The notes below the pieces were generated by a model, which saw only the letters and a list, made by a program, of their open reading frames with translations, was not told the DNA's origin and ran no database searches. A stretch of 39,215 nt of DNA from a virus (lineage: Duplodnaviria; Caudoviricetes): positions 1-39,215 of IMG/VR virus record IMGVR_UViG_3300025838_000072. The stretch is one strand, 5' to 3'. A program made the position numbers and the translations under genes. Positions within the stretch are counted from its first letter, which is position 1. Every line of letters begins with the position of its first letter. Shown piece by piece: positions 1-8,412 of this stretch.

Positions 1-1
1 G

Positions 2-586
2 AACGGAAAGGGCATGTTGTGTTAATTGGACACGTTCAGCTAGTCCAAATGTACCACCATTTATGCGTCGACACAAGCTTTCTTCATTCCCAGCCTCGGC
101 TAATTGGTTACATCCGTGCGTAGCCCAAAACCATCCCCCACTCAATGCAGCATACATAGGGGTTTTTACTAGGTCTGGGTTTCTCACAAAATCCTGACCA
201 AGAGCTTGTCCACAGTGCCAGTAGTTATCGTGAAAGGTAAGTTGGATTGTGCCTCTTCCCCTGTACATGAACCCATCCCCACTTGCCTCATTCCTGTTCC
301 CCCCTCGATTGGCGTAAATTCTGTTGGCAATCTTCTGGGGATTGTGGGCAAAAAGGACGTACTCCTCTGGCTTGAAGTGAGTATGGAAGAGAGCTTGAAG
401 GGTTTCGGCTCTGTAGTTAAGATTCTCTTCCAGTGTTCGGAAGTGGTTGCACTCGTGTGAAAGCTGTCCGATAAAGGCGGCCTGCTCTTTGACGGTAAAA
501 ATGCTGAACTTTTGGATCGTTGCATTGAGTGGCTCTACCCATTCTGGCCCAATCTGTAGGGCATGAAGTTTTTCTGCTGTGATCAT
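2..586 (-). CDS. Endolysin, glycoside hydrolase family 19 (3' end runs off the window)
   Basis: Not in the ORF track because it has no stop in the window. Manual translation from ATG 586 (ATGA overlap with Rz): MITAEKLHALQIGPEWVEPLN...AAFIGQLSHEC..F..LEENLNY...IANRIYANRGGN..EASGDGFMYRGRGTIQLT..DNY...WFW...RRINGGTFGLAER. These are typical phage GH19 motifs. Confidence 0.93.
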   Translation of the reverse strand, partial: MITAEKLHALQIGPEWVEPLNATIQKFSIFTVKEQAAFIGQLSHECNHFRTLEENLNYRAETLQALFHTHFKPEEYVLFAHNPQKIANRIYANRGGNRNEASGDGFMYRGRGTIQLTFHDNYWHCGQALGQDFVRNPDLVKTPMYAALSGGWFWATHGCNQLAEAGNEESLCRRINGGTFGLAERVQLTQHALSV

Positions 587-1155
587 TTCACACCCTCATT
601 AACAGTCTGCATCACTTCGTTGTATTGACTGATACAGGCGTTGAGCTTGACGATTGCTTTGTCTCCGTCTGAGGCGATTGCGACAATATCTTTAATAGTC
701 TGTCGGTCAGATTCGGCTCCATTGGCTTGATTTCCATTGGTGGCATCTGCACTGGCTTGTACACCACAGGAGGAGGGGAGGCGCAACTCGCCAGAGTCAA
801 TGCGAGCATCAATACTAGCTTGCTTGGTCTTAATGTCATTTTTAGCCTGTTTCAGTTGACTGGTGGCTCTTGCGAGCTTTTGTCCGAGTTCGACTTCTTT
901 TGCACGAGCTTCTCCATTAAGGCGCTCAATTTCTGCTTTATCTTCTGCAACCCGTCTTTCATAGCCGTGATGATCTGAGACATAGTAACCTCCTGATATA
1001 ACCAACAACAAACCCACTGCCTTCATGATGAGAGCGTGGGGCTTTAACATAGGTAGGAATCCTACCAAGTAACTTAATACATAGGCCACTGCTCCTACTG
1101 CCAGAGCAATGACCGCTATCCAGTAAAACAAATCATCAAAGAACCAAGCAATCAT
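583..1155 (-). CDS. Rz: Rz-like inner-membrane spanin
   Basis: N-terminal TM helices followed by a coiled coil and a C-terminal ...LNACISQYN motif. Lies directly upstream of the endolysin and contains an embedded lipoprotein ORF. Confidence 0.8.
   Translation of the reverse strand: MIAWFFDDLFYWIAVIALAVGAVAYVLSYLVGFLPMLKPHALIMKAVGLLLVISGGYYVSDHHGYERRVAEDKAEIERLNGEARAKEVELGQKLARATSQLKQAKNDIKTKQASIDARIDSGELRLPSSCGVQASADATNGNQANGAESDRQTIKDIVAIASDGDKAIVKLNACISQYNEVMQTVNEGVK
612..839 (-). CDS. Rz1: Rz1-like outer-membrane lipoprotein spanin, embedded in Rz in another frame
   Basis: Signal peptide MTLRPSKLVLMLALTLASC ending in the lipobox LASC, followed by a Pro-rich segment. Entirely inside the Rz-like gene. 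Confidence 0.8.
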   Translation of the reverse strand: MTLRPSKLVLMLALTLASCASPPPVVYKPVQMPPMEIKPMEPNLTDRLLKILSQSPQTETKQSSSSTPVSVNTTK

Positions 1156-1619
1156 ATTGCTTCTCTTCTAGCTTGAGCCATTTTTTCCCTCTCATGGTCA
1201 GGCTCCAAATAGGGTGGCGTTTGAGGAGGATATGGTGGAGTCCAATTAGTTGATGGAGCCGTCATAATAACTGGCGCTGGTGGCGGAGGAGGAGGTGCAA
1301 CATAGGCATCTTTGTTTGCCTTTGCCGCATTCATCATGTTCGTGGCTTCGTTTGTCAAGCCCTTGGTCAGAATGCCTCCTATACCGCCCACAATAAGCAA
1401 TACGATGTCATTGAGCATCTTGGTATAAGCTTGGTCAATAGGGGCCATAGCCTTGATTGGTTGGCTTACAAAGGTTACCGAATATAGGAGGGCCATCACG
1501 ATGAAGGCCAGTATCAGGGTCACAACAATGATCACAAAAGATCGTACCCTAATCTCTATCTCATCGGCAGACAGGCGTTCCTTGGGGCTGTTGAGCAGGA
1601 GCAGCAATAGTTCCTTCAA
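1152..1619 (-). CDS. Two-TM membrane protein, holin candidate
   Basis: Two hydrophobic helices (FVIIVVTLILAFIVMALLYSV; IVLLIVGGIGGIL), Pro-rich tail, TTG start, position upstream of spanin and endolysin. Confidence 0.55.
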   Translation of the reverse strand: MKELLLLLLNSPKERLSADEIEIRVRSFVIIVVTLILAFIVMALLYSVTFVSQPIKAMAPIDQAYTKMLNDIVLLIVGGIGGILTKGLTNEATNMMNAAKANKDAYVAPPPPPPAPVIMTAPSTNWTPPYPPQTPPYLEPDHEREKMAQARREAI

Positions 1620-1830
1620 TTTTCTTCTCCAAAATAGGTGCGACTAAATACTCAGGACAATCTTGATTAAACTCACATCGAGGCTTTTGACAACGTTCTT
1701 TGCCAAAGTTATCAGGGTCTTGGCAATAATATCTGTAAGAATCGTTGCATGAAGTAAAAAGAAAAGAAAATATATATATTGAAAACAATATGTATAAATT
1801 TAGCCGTTTTCTATACACATAACTTATCAT
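1561..1830 (-). CDS. Small Cys-rich putative lipoprotein
   Basis: Basic N-terminus, hydrophobic stretch, lipobox-like FTSC, then CQDPDN...CQKPRC...CPEYL. Confidence 0.6.
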   Translation of the reverse strand: MISYVYRKRLNLYILFSIYIFSFLFTSCNDSYRYYCQDPDNFGKERCQKPRCEFNQDCPEYLVAPILEKKIEGTIAAPAQQPQGTPVCR

Positions 1831-2073
1831 TTATTTTCCTTCAATCCTTGTCAAAGCTTTGTTGACCCTCAGCTCCATCTGCCTCACATCTACATACATC
1901 CAAGCAATCAACGGAATCAACAACAACAAAACGACCAATAGAACAACAATCAGTAGGATGGCGAGTGTGTCATGCTGAGAATCATTAGCCATATCCACAT
2001 CAGCATCAGCACTGTAATTGCTGTAGCCGCCATTCTTCCCTTTATTAGATCCGCCTTTTGCTCCCGTTGCCAT
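1831..2073 (-). CDS. Single-TM membrane protein (start uncertain)
   Basis: TM segment LAILLIVVLLVVLLLLIPLIAWMYV. Stop abuts the next ATG at 1830. Confidence 0.6.
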   Translation of the reverse strand: MATGAKGGSNKGKNGGYSNYSADADVDMANDSQHDTLAILLIVVLLVVLLLLIPLIAWMYVDVRQMELRVNKALTRIEGK

Positions 2074-2666
2074 TTTGCCCTACGCTCCTTCAGCATTTCC
2101 TCTCGTCTTGCTAGCGCTTGCACATTGGCAATGTGACCAATTTGCTGATTGACCCGAGTATACAAGTCCTTCAATTCATGTGGAACGTGGTACACCATGT
2201 AATCACTCAACTCCTGATTCAGCTTCTCCATCTGCAAATTGGCAATCGTGATCTTGATTGCGGCCTCTTGGCCTTCGTCATTGTTTGCATGGAGAGCAAA
2301 TTCTTCCTGTTCTTTGACGTAATTCTTCAGTGAGTTATACGCTTGGAAGAACTTGATGAGAGCATCACTGACCTGCTGGTAAATGAGGTTTTCGTCAAAC
2401 TCTGGCGGTGGCTCTTTCTTTTTCTTGACCTTCTTGGCGGGTTGAGCAACTTGTGGCTGCTCTTCCTCTTTCTTGCCAAAGACGCTACTTAAGAACCCAA
2501 GAAGACCTTTGGCTTTCTTTTGTGCTGTCTTAACGTCTTTGACAACTCCATCAACTTCATGGGCAATGTCAGTAACGATTTGCCTCCCCTCTTTATACAT
2601 TTCACAAGCATCTTTACAGAGCTTAAAAGCCCCGCTTGCAAGTGCAACAAGAGTAAATGGGTCAAT
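1950..2666 (-). CDS. Coiled-coil membrane-anchored protein, likely ATT start
   Basis: The ORF track starts at ATG 2600, but the frame is open to ATT 2666 (IDPFTLVALASGAFKLCKDACEMYKE), which has GGAG 6 nt upstream. C-terminal TM helix. Confidence 0.65.
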   Translation of the reverse strand: MDPFTLVALASGAFKLCKDACEMYKEGRQIVTDIAHEVDGVVKDVKTAQKKAKGLLGFLSSVFGKKEEEQPQVAQPAKKVKKKKEPPPEFDENLIYQQVSDALIKFFQAYNSLKNYVKEQEEFALHANNDEGQEAAIKITIANLQMEKLNQELSDYMVYHVPHELKDLYTRVNQQIGHIANVQALARREEMLKERRAKWQREQKADLIKGRMAATAITVLMLMWIWLMILSMTHSPSY

Positions 2667-2669
2667 TTG

Positions 2670-3014
2670 TTACTCCGCTGCAGGTGTAGTTGGTGCAGGT
2701 GTTTCTTCAACAACTGGTGCAGGTGTTTCTTCACCGACTGGTTCAGGTGTTTCTTCACCGACTGGTTCAGGCATTTCTTCGACAACTGGTTCAGGCATTT
2801 CTTCGACAACTGGTTCAGGCGTTTCTTCGCCAACTGGTGCAGGTGTTTCTTCAAGCGCAGGAATAGGATCACCAATAGGTGCGGGTGGTGGCACTATGGC
2901 AGGCCCAGGTTCTTGATATTTAGTATGCAAGAAGTCAATAAACTTGTGTAGTTCATCTGAAACATCTGTTTCAAAGTCTTTTAAGTGCTCTCTAATGTCT
3001 TTTAAAAATTGCAT
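2670..3014 (-). CDS. Acidic Pro/Glu tandem-repeat protein
   Basis: AGGAG RBS. 8-aa repeats P[EA]PV[VG]EE[TM]. Confidence 0.75.
   Translation of the reverse strand: MQFLKDIREHLKDFETDVSDELHKFIDFLHTKYQEPGPAIVPPPAPIGDPIPALEETPAPVGEETPEPVVEEMPEPVVEEMPEPVGEETPEPVGEETPAPVVEETPAPTTPAAE
2691..2853. repeat. 24-bp tandem repeat, about 6.8 copies, coding
   Basis: Unit tggt[gt]cagg[tc][ga]tttcttc[ag][ac]c[ag]ac at 2691, 2715, 2739, 2763, 2787, 2811 and 2835 (partial). Confidence 0.9.
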
Positions 3015-3017
3015 AAA

Positions 3018-3164
3018 TTACTCCTGTGGTAGTTCAATGGGTGATTCTTTAGGCTTAGCAGCATCTTGAATTGCTTGAATGAGTTGATATACTTCCTGAT
3101 AAGGACGTGTACCAAGATAACCAAGTACTTGATTAACTGTTTCAATCGGTAGTTTAAGTTCCAT
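3018..3164 (-). CDS. Small hypothetical protein (48 aa)
   Basis: Manual translation MELKLPIETVNQVLGYLGTRPYQEVYQLIQAIQDAAKPKESPIELPQE. Fills the gap between neighbours. Confidence 0.7.
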   Translation of the reverse strand: MELKLPIETVNQVLGYLGTRPYQEVYQLIQAIQDAAKPKESPIELPQE

Positions 3165-3181
3165 CTTTAACTTACTATAGT

Positions 3182-3409
3182 TTATTCTTTAGGTTTTACA
3201 TCAGTTACAGATTCAGTTAAAGACTGCTTTAGCATATTTACAAAAGCATCACGACCAACTACAAGTTGATCTACATTGAATTTTGCAGAATTTGTTTTTC
3301 TTTCTAGATCATCAATATGAGCTACAAGAATTTTTTGTTGTTCACTAAAATTATCATAGTCATACTCAACGCCATCAATCGTGATTTGGGGTTTTGTGTT
3401 GTTGCCCAT
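3182..3409 (-). CDS. Small hypothetical protein downstream of tail fibres
   Basis: AAGGA RBS. ITIDGVEYD motif followed by a coiled coil. Confidence 0.75.
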   Translation of the reverse strand: MGNNTKPQITIDGVEYDYDNFSEQQKILVAHIDDLERKTNSAKFNVDQLVVGRDAFVNMLKQSLTESVTDVKPKE

Positions 3410-3468
3410 TTCATTTTCCTTTGATTTGACACCAAGATCAGGTGGTGACTTCCTGTTTTAATTTTTGT

Positions 3469-3870
3469 TTAGCTCCATGTTGCCGTTGGAACAGTTGGAA
3501 ATGTTGCAGGTGTTGTTGGGGGATTAACACCAATTGCACGAACAACACTTCTATATGTTAAAAATTCTGCTTGATTTGTCAAATGTGGATTTGAAACAGC
3601 AGGGTCAGCAACACTAGCAATTGCAGTCCAATCAGTCGCAGACAACAATGCAGAGGCTTGTGCGATATTTTGGGCTTGAATTTGTTGACCTTCCCATACA
3701 GGATAAGCTGCATCAAGTTGTGCTTGTGTTGGTTGTGCGCCTAATTTTTCAGTATTCCAATAAGATATTTCTTCTGGATTATCTCCAGTTTGAACAACTG
3801 TAAAATCAGTGCTTACATAAGAAATATTGTTTACACTTAGATAAGCTTTAATTTCATCATTAAGTGACAT
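3469..3870 (-). CDS. Putative tail fibre assembly chaperone (XkdW-like N-terminus)
   Basis: ISYWN..KLGAQPTQAQL and LLSATDW...YRSVVRAI...FP.VP..W motifs. Directly follows the tail fibre. Confidence 0.6.
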   Translation of the reverse strand: MSLNDEIKAYLSVNNISYVSTDFTVVQTGDNPEEISYWNTEKLGAQPTQAQLDAAYPVWEGQQIQAQNIAQASALLSATDWTAIASVADPAVSNPHLTNQAEFLTYRSVVRAIGVNPPTTPATFPTVPTATWS

Positions 3871-3882
3871 ATTTTTTCCTTT

Positions 3883-5421
3883 TTAGTTAGAGATGCCATA
3901 TAAAGAAATTGTGCCAGATGACATATTTCCAGAAGCAGTTAATACTTTTATAGCTGTAACATTCAAATTAACATTAGCACTTCCACCAAAAGTTTCTGCT
4001 ATGTGATAATCTCCAGATTGATGATAATAACTACTAAACCCATTTATTTCAGCAACATATGAGGAAGTTACACCTGTGACATAAAAAATACCACTTGTTT
4101 GAACGGCAGCATTTAGTTGTGTTGTTAAATACATTCCAGATGCTCCTACGTTGTTAGTAGCATTGATAGTACCACCAGAAACACGAATACCAGTTGTGTT
4201 ATATCCTGAAGTTGTATATGTAGGTCCACCCCCAGAACCAAGTTGTACAATTAAATTTGGTGAGCCTGTATTTGCTACATTGAAATTGAAAATAACAAAA
4301 TAATAAAGATAGCCACTTAATCCAGTAAATGCAAAAGATGATGAACTAGATGCAGTTAAGGTGCTAATTAAAGTCATAGCACCAGAACTAGGACTTGTCC
4401 ATGTTGGCGCTGATCCTGATCCTTGCGATGTTAATACTTGACCTGATGAACCGTAGTTTGCGCCAGCAATTCCTAATTGACCTGCTGTACCAACACGAAA
4501 ACGTTCGTTATTATTAGTTGCAAAAATTAACGGGATAGAGGTAATTGTATAAATCCCTAAAGAAAGAGATGATGCATAAATTTGCGCAACGTTTGTACCA
4601 CTTGAATTGAAATCAAGCTCACCACCAGAAGAACCATTTAATGTAATAGTTGAGTATCCTGCATAACTATTAGGGCTTGTTGTTCCTAGTCCCAAGTTAC
4701 CACTATTATTTAGTGTCATTGCTTGGGTAAAAGTTTGTCCATATTTGGTTGTGCTTGTACCAGTTTCAAAAATCAACTGACGAGTTGAACTTTCCCGTAG
4801 ACGCCAAGCCAAACGATTACTACCACCGTCACTTCTGTCAAACCAAACAAACGGGTCATCACTAGATTGTCCAATTGCAATAGAAGCAGCGGGATCTGCG
4901 GTAATGTCTAAAGGATAACTAGGACTACTTGTACCTATACCTAGACGATTGTTTGTTGAATCCCAAAACAAATTTGCTGAACCACCAAAAGCACCGCTAT
5001 TGTTGTATTGAACATAACCGTTAGATCCACCTGGAGATGATGTTGAAACAGTAGCCCAAGTACCGTCACCCCTTAGATATGTGCTAGAAGATGGTGTTCC
5101 TGTCACTGCTCCTGATAGTGCAGTCACGCTAGAGATGATTGTTCCACTTGTAGGCAATGTCACAGAAGTGTTTGCAGTGGCTGTGAATGTTTGAGTGTAT
5201 GCGCCAGCATGAGTTACATTGCCTGAAATTGTAATTGAGCTATTGTTAGCCAATGACAATAACGTTTTGTATGTTCCTGATCCTGTACCAACATACAAAT
5301 TTCCATCGGTAATGTTGATGGCCAACTCACCTGTGGTAATGGTTCCAGTTCCTGTTAACGGATTATGACCAGTTGTAGAACTGTTATATGTGATGATTGG
5401 TGTATAACCTGATGCTGCCAT
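3883..5421 (-). CDS. Tail fibre / receptor-binding protein
   Basis: G/S/T-rich. GELAINITDGNLY N-terminal module, GGSNGYVQYNNSGAFGGS, RLGIGTSSP and GQVLTS motifs, C-terminal GTISLYGI. Confidence 0.8.
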   Translation of the reverse strand: MAASGYTPIITYNSSTTGHNPLTGTGTITTGELAINITDGNLYVGTGSGTYKTLLSLANNSSITISGNVTHAGAYTQTFTATANTSVTLPTSGTIISSVTALSGAVTGTPSSSTYLRGDGTWATVSTSSPGGSNGYVQYNNSGAFGGSANLFWDSTNNRLGIGTSSPSYPLDITADPAASIAIGQSSDDPFVWFDRSDGGSNRLAWRLRESSTRQLIFETGTSTTKYGQTFTQAMTLNNSGNLGLGTTSPNSYAGYSTITLNGSSGGELDFNSSGTNVAQIYASSLSLGIYTITSIPLIFATNNNERFRVGTAGQLGIAGANYGSSGQVLTSQGSGSAPTWTSPSSGAMTLISTLTASSSSSFAFTGLSGYLYYFVIFNFNVANTGSPNLIVQLGSGGGPTYTTSGYNTTGIRVSGGTINATNNVGASGMYLTTQLNAAVQTSGIFYVTGVTSSYVAEINGFSSYYHQSGDYHIAETFGGSANVNLNVTAIKVLTASGNMSSGTISLYGISN

Positions 5422-8411
5422 TAGAATGTTCCTCCTGAGATGCCAGATGTGGCAGTAAGTGATGTAAATTTACCAGTTGATGCTGTTGTTGCACCGATTG
5501 GTGTGCCATCAATTGATCCACCTGTGATTGCCACGCTACTAGCATTTTGCGTTGACATTGTACCTAATCCAGTGATTGCTGTACTAGGTATTGTGGTTGA
5601 CGCTGTCATCGTGCTTGTGCCATTACCGTACACATAGCCCGATAATGTGGTTGCACCAGTTCCGCCGTTAGCAACTGGTAATGCAGTACCTGAATAAGAA
5701 ACTGCCAAAGTCCCATTTGTTGTAATAGGTGAGCCAGTTACAGATAAAAATGATGGTACAGTCAAAGCCACACTAGTTACAGTACCGCCTGAAGCAGGTG
5801 TTGCGCTAATTGTGATTCCTCCTGCAGTATTACTAATTGATACATTAGTACCTGCAGTTAGTGTTGAGAGCGTATAACCTGTGCCATTACCAATAGCTAA
5901 TTGACCATTTGTGGGCGTTGCTGTTAATCCTGTACCACCATAAGCTACACCAATTGCTGTGGCATTCCATGTACCTGCTGCTAAAGTGCCTACACCGGTG
6001 ATACCTGTATATGAGCCACTTAAACGTGAAGTACCAAGCGTGCCTGAAGTAATATTCGATGCATTAGTTGTGTCAGTTGTAGCTGATGCTGCCAACCCAG
6101 ATACAGCACCTGCAGCAATTGCAATTGATGTGTTTGTAACTGAAGTAACACGACCATAAGTATCAACAGCCAAAACTGGAACTTGTGATGCAGAACCATA
6201 TGTGGCAGCCGTTACACCAGAAGTTGCTAAAGCAATTGTAACAGCAGATGCACCAGTATAGCTTGTACCTGTTAGTCCTGTCCCAATGGTTAAAGCATTA
6301 GGATTAGCTGCAGTAATTGTACCAGAAGCCCCTAGTGCAATAGATGTACCATTAACAGTAACTGAACTATTAGTTAAAAATGCATTACTAAATGTTCCTG
6401 AAGTAACTTGACTTGCCGCAATAGCAATTGATGTGTTACTTGCACTTGTAATTTGACCTTGAGCATTAATTGCTAAAGTAGGCACAGATGATGCTGTGCC
6501 ATATGTTGTAGCAGTTACACCTGTATTTGAAATGCTAAACTGTGTACCAGTAAGAGTTAATCCTGTACCTGCTGTATAAGCACCTGGGCCACCAATTTGT
6601 ACAAAAACTAAAGGCGTTGTACCAATAGTAATAGGTAAATCAGTACTTTGTACCCATTGTGTACTTGCATTAACAGTTCCACTAATGATAAAAGTTGTAT
6701 CACCAGGAGCTACTTCATTAGTTCCAGAACCTGACTGATCATAATCAGTTGCACGAGTCAACACCCAACCAACTGACCCTGATCCTACACTGGTAACAGT
6801 ATAAATACCATTGTATTGTCCAGAAGTTTCATTCTTAACTAAAATTCTTTGGCCGACATTTGGGTTCGCACCATCAATTGCTAAAGTAGCAAAAGGACTT
6901 GTTTTAGTAATTGTGGCACCAACACCAGACGTACCATTGTTATACGTAACAGTGCCTAAGTCGGCGGTTGTTGCATAATTACAAGCAGCATGATAGTTAA
7001 CGCCTGTTGCAATAGAATCAGCATAAGACTTATTAACAATATCATTTGCATTTACAGGTGTCGTGGAAATTGTTCCACTTGTCATAGCTACACTAGTAAA
7101 TGTACCTGCTCCAGGTGTTGAGCCACCAATTGTGACACCATTAACTGTTCCGCCTGTGATGGCAACTGAACTAGCACTCTGTGTTGACATTGTGCCAAGC
7201 CCAGAAACTTGTGTGTTAGCAATTGCAATAGGCGTATCGGCTAGTGCAGTTAACTGACCTTGTGCATTGACAGTTGCTGTTAAAGTCTTAGATGATGAGC
7301 CATAAGACCCTGCAGTAACTGCAGTATTTGCAAGACTAATTGTGACAGCCGCTGATCCGGTGTATGACCCTGAATTTAACCCTGTGCCAAATGTAAGAGC
7401 ATTTGGCGTTGCAGCCGTAATTGTTCCTGACCCACCTAGTGAAATAGTTGTGCCATTAACAGTAAGCGATGAATTGGTTAGTTGCGCATTTGTAATTGTG
7501 CCGCTTAATGCGGTTGTAGGAATCGTAGTACTGGCAGTCATTGCACTTGTACCATTTCCATACACATAGCCTGTTAAAGTACTTGCACCTGTACCTCCGT
7601 TTGCAGCATTTAATACACCTGATAAAACAATATTACCTGATGTTGCAGATGCTGGAGCAAATCCAGTAGTTCCTGCGCTAAATGTGCTTACACCACCTGC
7701 TTGAGTAAACTGTTTCCATACCCCATTAGCAAACCCATAATATGTGTTTGTGTCTGTGTTATATCTAATTTGACCATTAGTACCTACAGGCTGTTGAGCA
7801 GTAGTACCTACAGGGATTGTAATTGCCCCTGTTCCTGGGACAACAATGTTATTGTCAAGACCTATTGTAGGATTAGTAGATCCGTCACCCCCACTAACTA
7901 CAATTTGACCACTTGTACCGGCTATTTGTCTTAATCCTGCGCCACCACCACTTACAGCAACTAATCCTGAACCAGAAAGAGCCGCAATAGCAGCGGCTAT
8001 GCCATTTAATGAAAAAGTAGGGTTACCACCTGTACCATCAGCATTTGATACTGATAAACCATTTCCTGTGACTGCTAATTGTCTTGCTGCAACAGTGGTT
8101 GCACTATCTTTGACAATAATACCGCCTGATGCATTGTCTAAACTAAGTGCTGCGCCTGTTAGATTAATTCGATAATAAGAATCTGATCCACCGTCAGTAA
8201 AGTTTATCCCCGTCCCTGAAGATAAATATCTACTATTTGGAAGTGTCAACTCTTGATTGACAGTAAGAAATGTTTGTGTTTGAACAGGACTGTTTGCAAT
8301 AGCAGAAACTGTAGTTTGTACAGTTTGTCCGTTTTGAACAACCGGCACTAGTTCCGCACCTGTAATAGCACTTGGGGCTGTTGGTAATTGTGATATTCGA
8401 ATATTAGACAT
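5421..8411 (-). CDS. Long tail fibre protein with internal repeats
   Basis: 996 aa, G/S/T/A-rich. N-terminal RISQLP, GQIRYNT, RILVKNE..GQYNGIYTV...LTRATD, and repeated VNAQGQLT-type motifs. Confidence 0.8.
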   Translation of the reverse strand: MSNIRISQLPTAPSAITGAELVPVVQNGQTVQTTVSAIANSPVQTQTFLTVNQELTLPNSRYLSSGTGINFTDGGSDSYYRINLTGAALSLDNASGGIIVKDSATTVAARQLAVTGNGLSVSNADGTGGNPTFSLNGIAAAIAALSGSGLVAVSGGGAGLRQIAGTSGQIVVSGGDGSTNPTIGLDNNIVVPGTGAITIPVGTTAQQPVGTNGQIRYNTDTNTYYGFANGVWKQFTQAGGVSTFSAGTTGFAPASATSGNIVLSGVLNAANGGTGASTLTGYVYGNGTSAMTASTTIPTTALSGTITNAQLTNSSLTVNGTTISLGGSGTITAATPNALTFGTGLNSGSYTGSAAVTISLANTAVTAGSYGSSSKTLTATVNAQGQLTALADTPIAIANTQVSGLGTMSTQSASSVAITGGTVNGVTIGGSTPGAGTFTSVAMTSGTISTTPVNANDIVNKSYADSIATGVNYHAACNYATTADLGTVTYNNGTSGVGATITKTSPFATLAIDGANPNVGQRILVKNETSGQYNGIYTVTSVGSGSVGWVLTRATDYDQSGSGTNEVAPGDTTFIISGTVNASTQWVQSTDLPITIGTTPLVFVQIGGPGAYTAGTGLTLTGTQFSISNTGVTATTYGTASSVPTLAINAQGQITSASNTSIAIAASQVTSGTFSNAFLTNSSVTVNGTSIALGASGTITAANPNALTIGTGLTGTSYTGASAVTIALATSGVTAATYGSASQVPVLAVDTYGRVTSVTNTSIAIAAGAVSGLAASATTDTTNASNITSGTLGTSRLSGSYTGITGVGTLAAGTWNATAIGVAYGGTGLTATPTNGQLAIGNGTGYTLSTLTAGTNVSISNTAGGITISATPASGGTVTSVALTVPSFLSVTGSPITTNGTLAVSYSGTALPVANGGTGATTLSGYVYGNGTSTMTASTTIPSTAITGLGTMSTQNASSVAITGGSIDGTPIGATTASTGKFTSLTATSGISGGTF

Positions 8412-8412
8412 G

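Noticed and set aside
184-525. ORFs 184-525 (-) and 206-460 (+)
   Set aside because: Alternative frames over the GH19 endolysin, which has clear motifs in the 2-586 frame.
2691-2853. Possible CRISPR array
   Set aside because: Head-to-tail coding repeats with no unique spacers and no cas operon.
2473-2951. Overlapping repeat-rich ORFs (2473-2916 +, 2520-2951 +, 2489-2875 -)
   Set aside because: These are shadow frames of the stop-free 24-bp repeat. The 2670-3014 frame has an RBS and fits the operon.
3883-5421. Diversity-generating retroelement targeting the fibre
   Set aside because: No reverse transcriptase and no template/variable repeat pair were seen in the window.
3883-8411. Low Lys content of the two tail fibres as further lysine deserts
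   Set aside because: They still contain Lys (about 3 and 7), and all charged residues are scarce in these G/S/T-rich fibres. The 1690-aa region differs because it keeps R, D and E.
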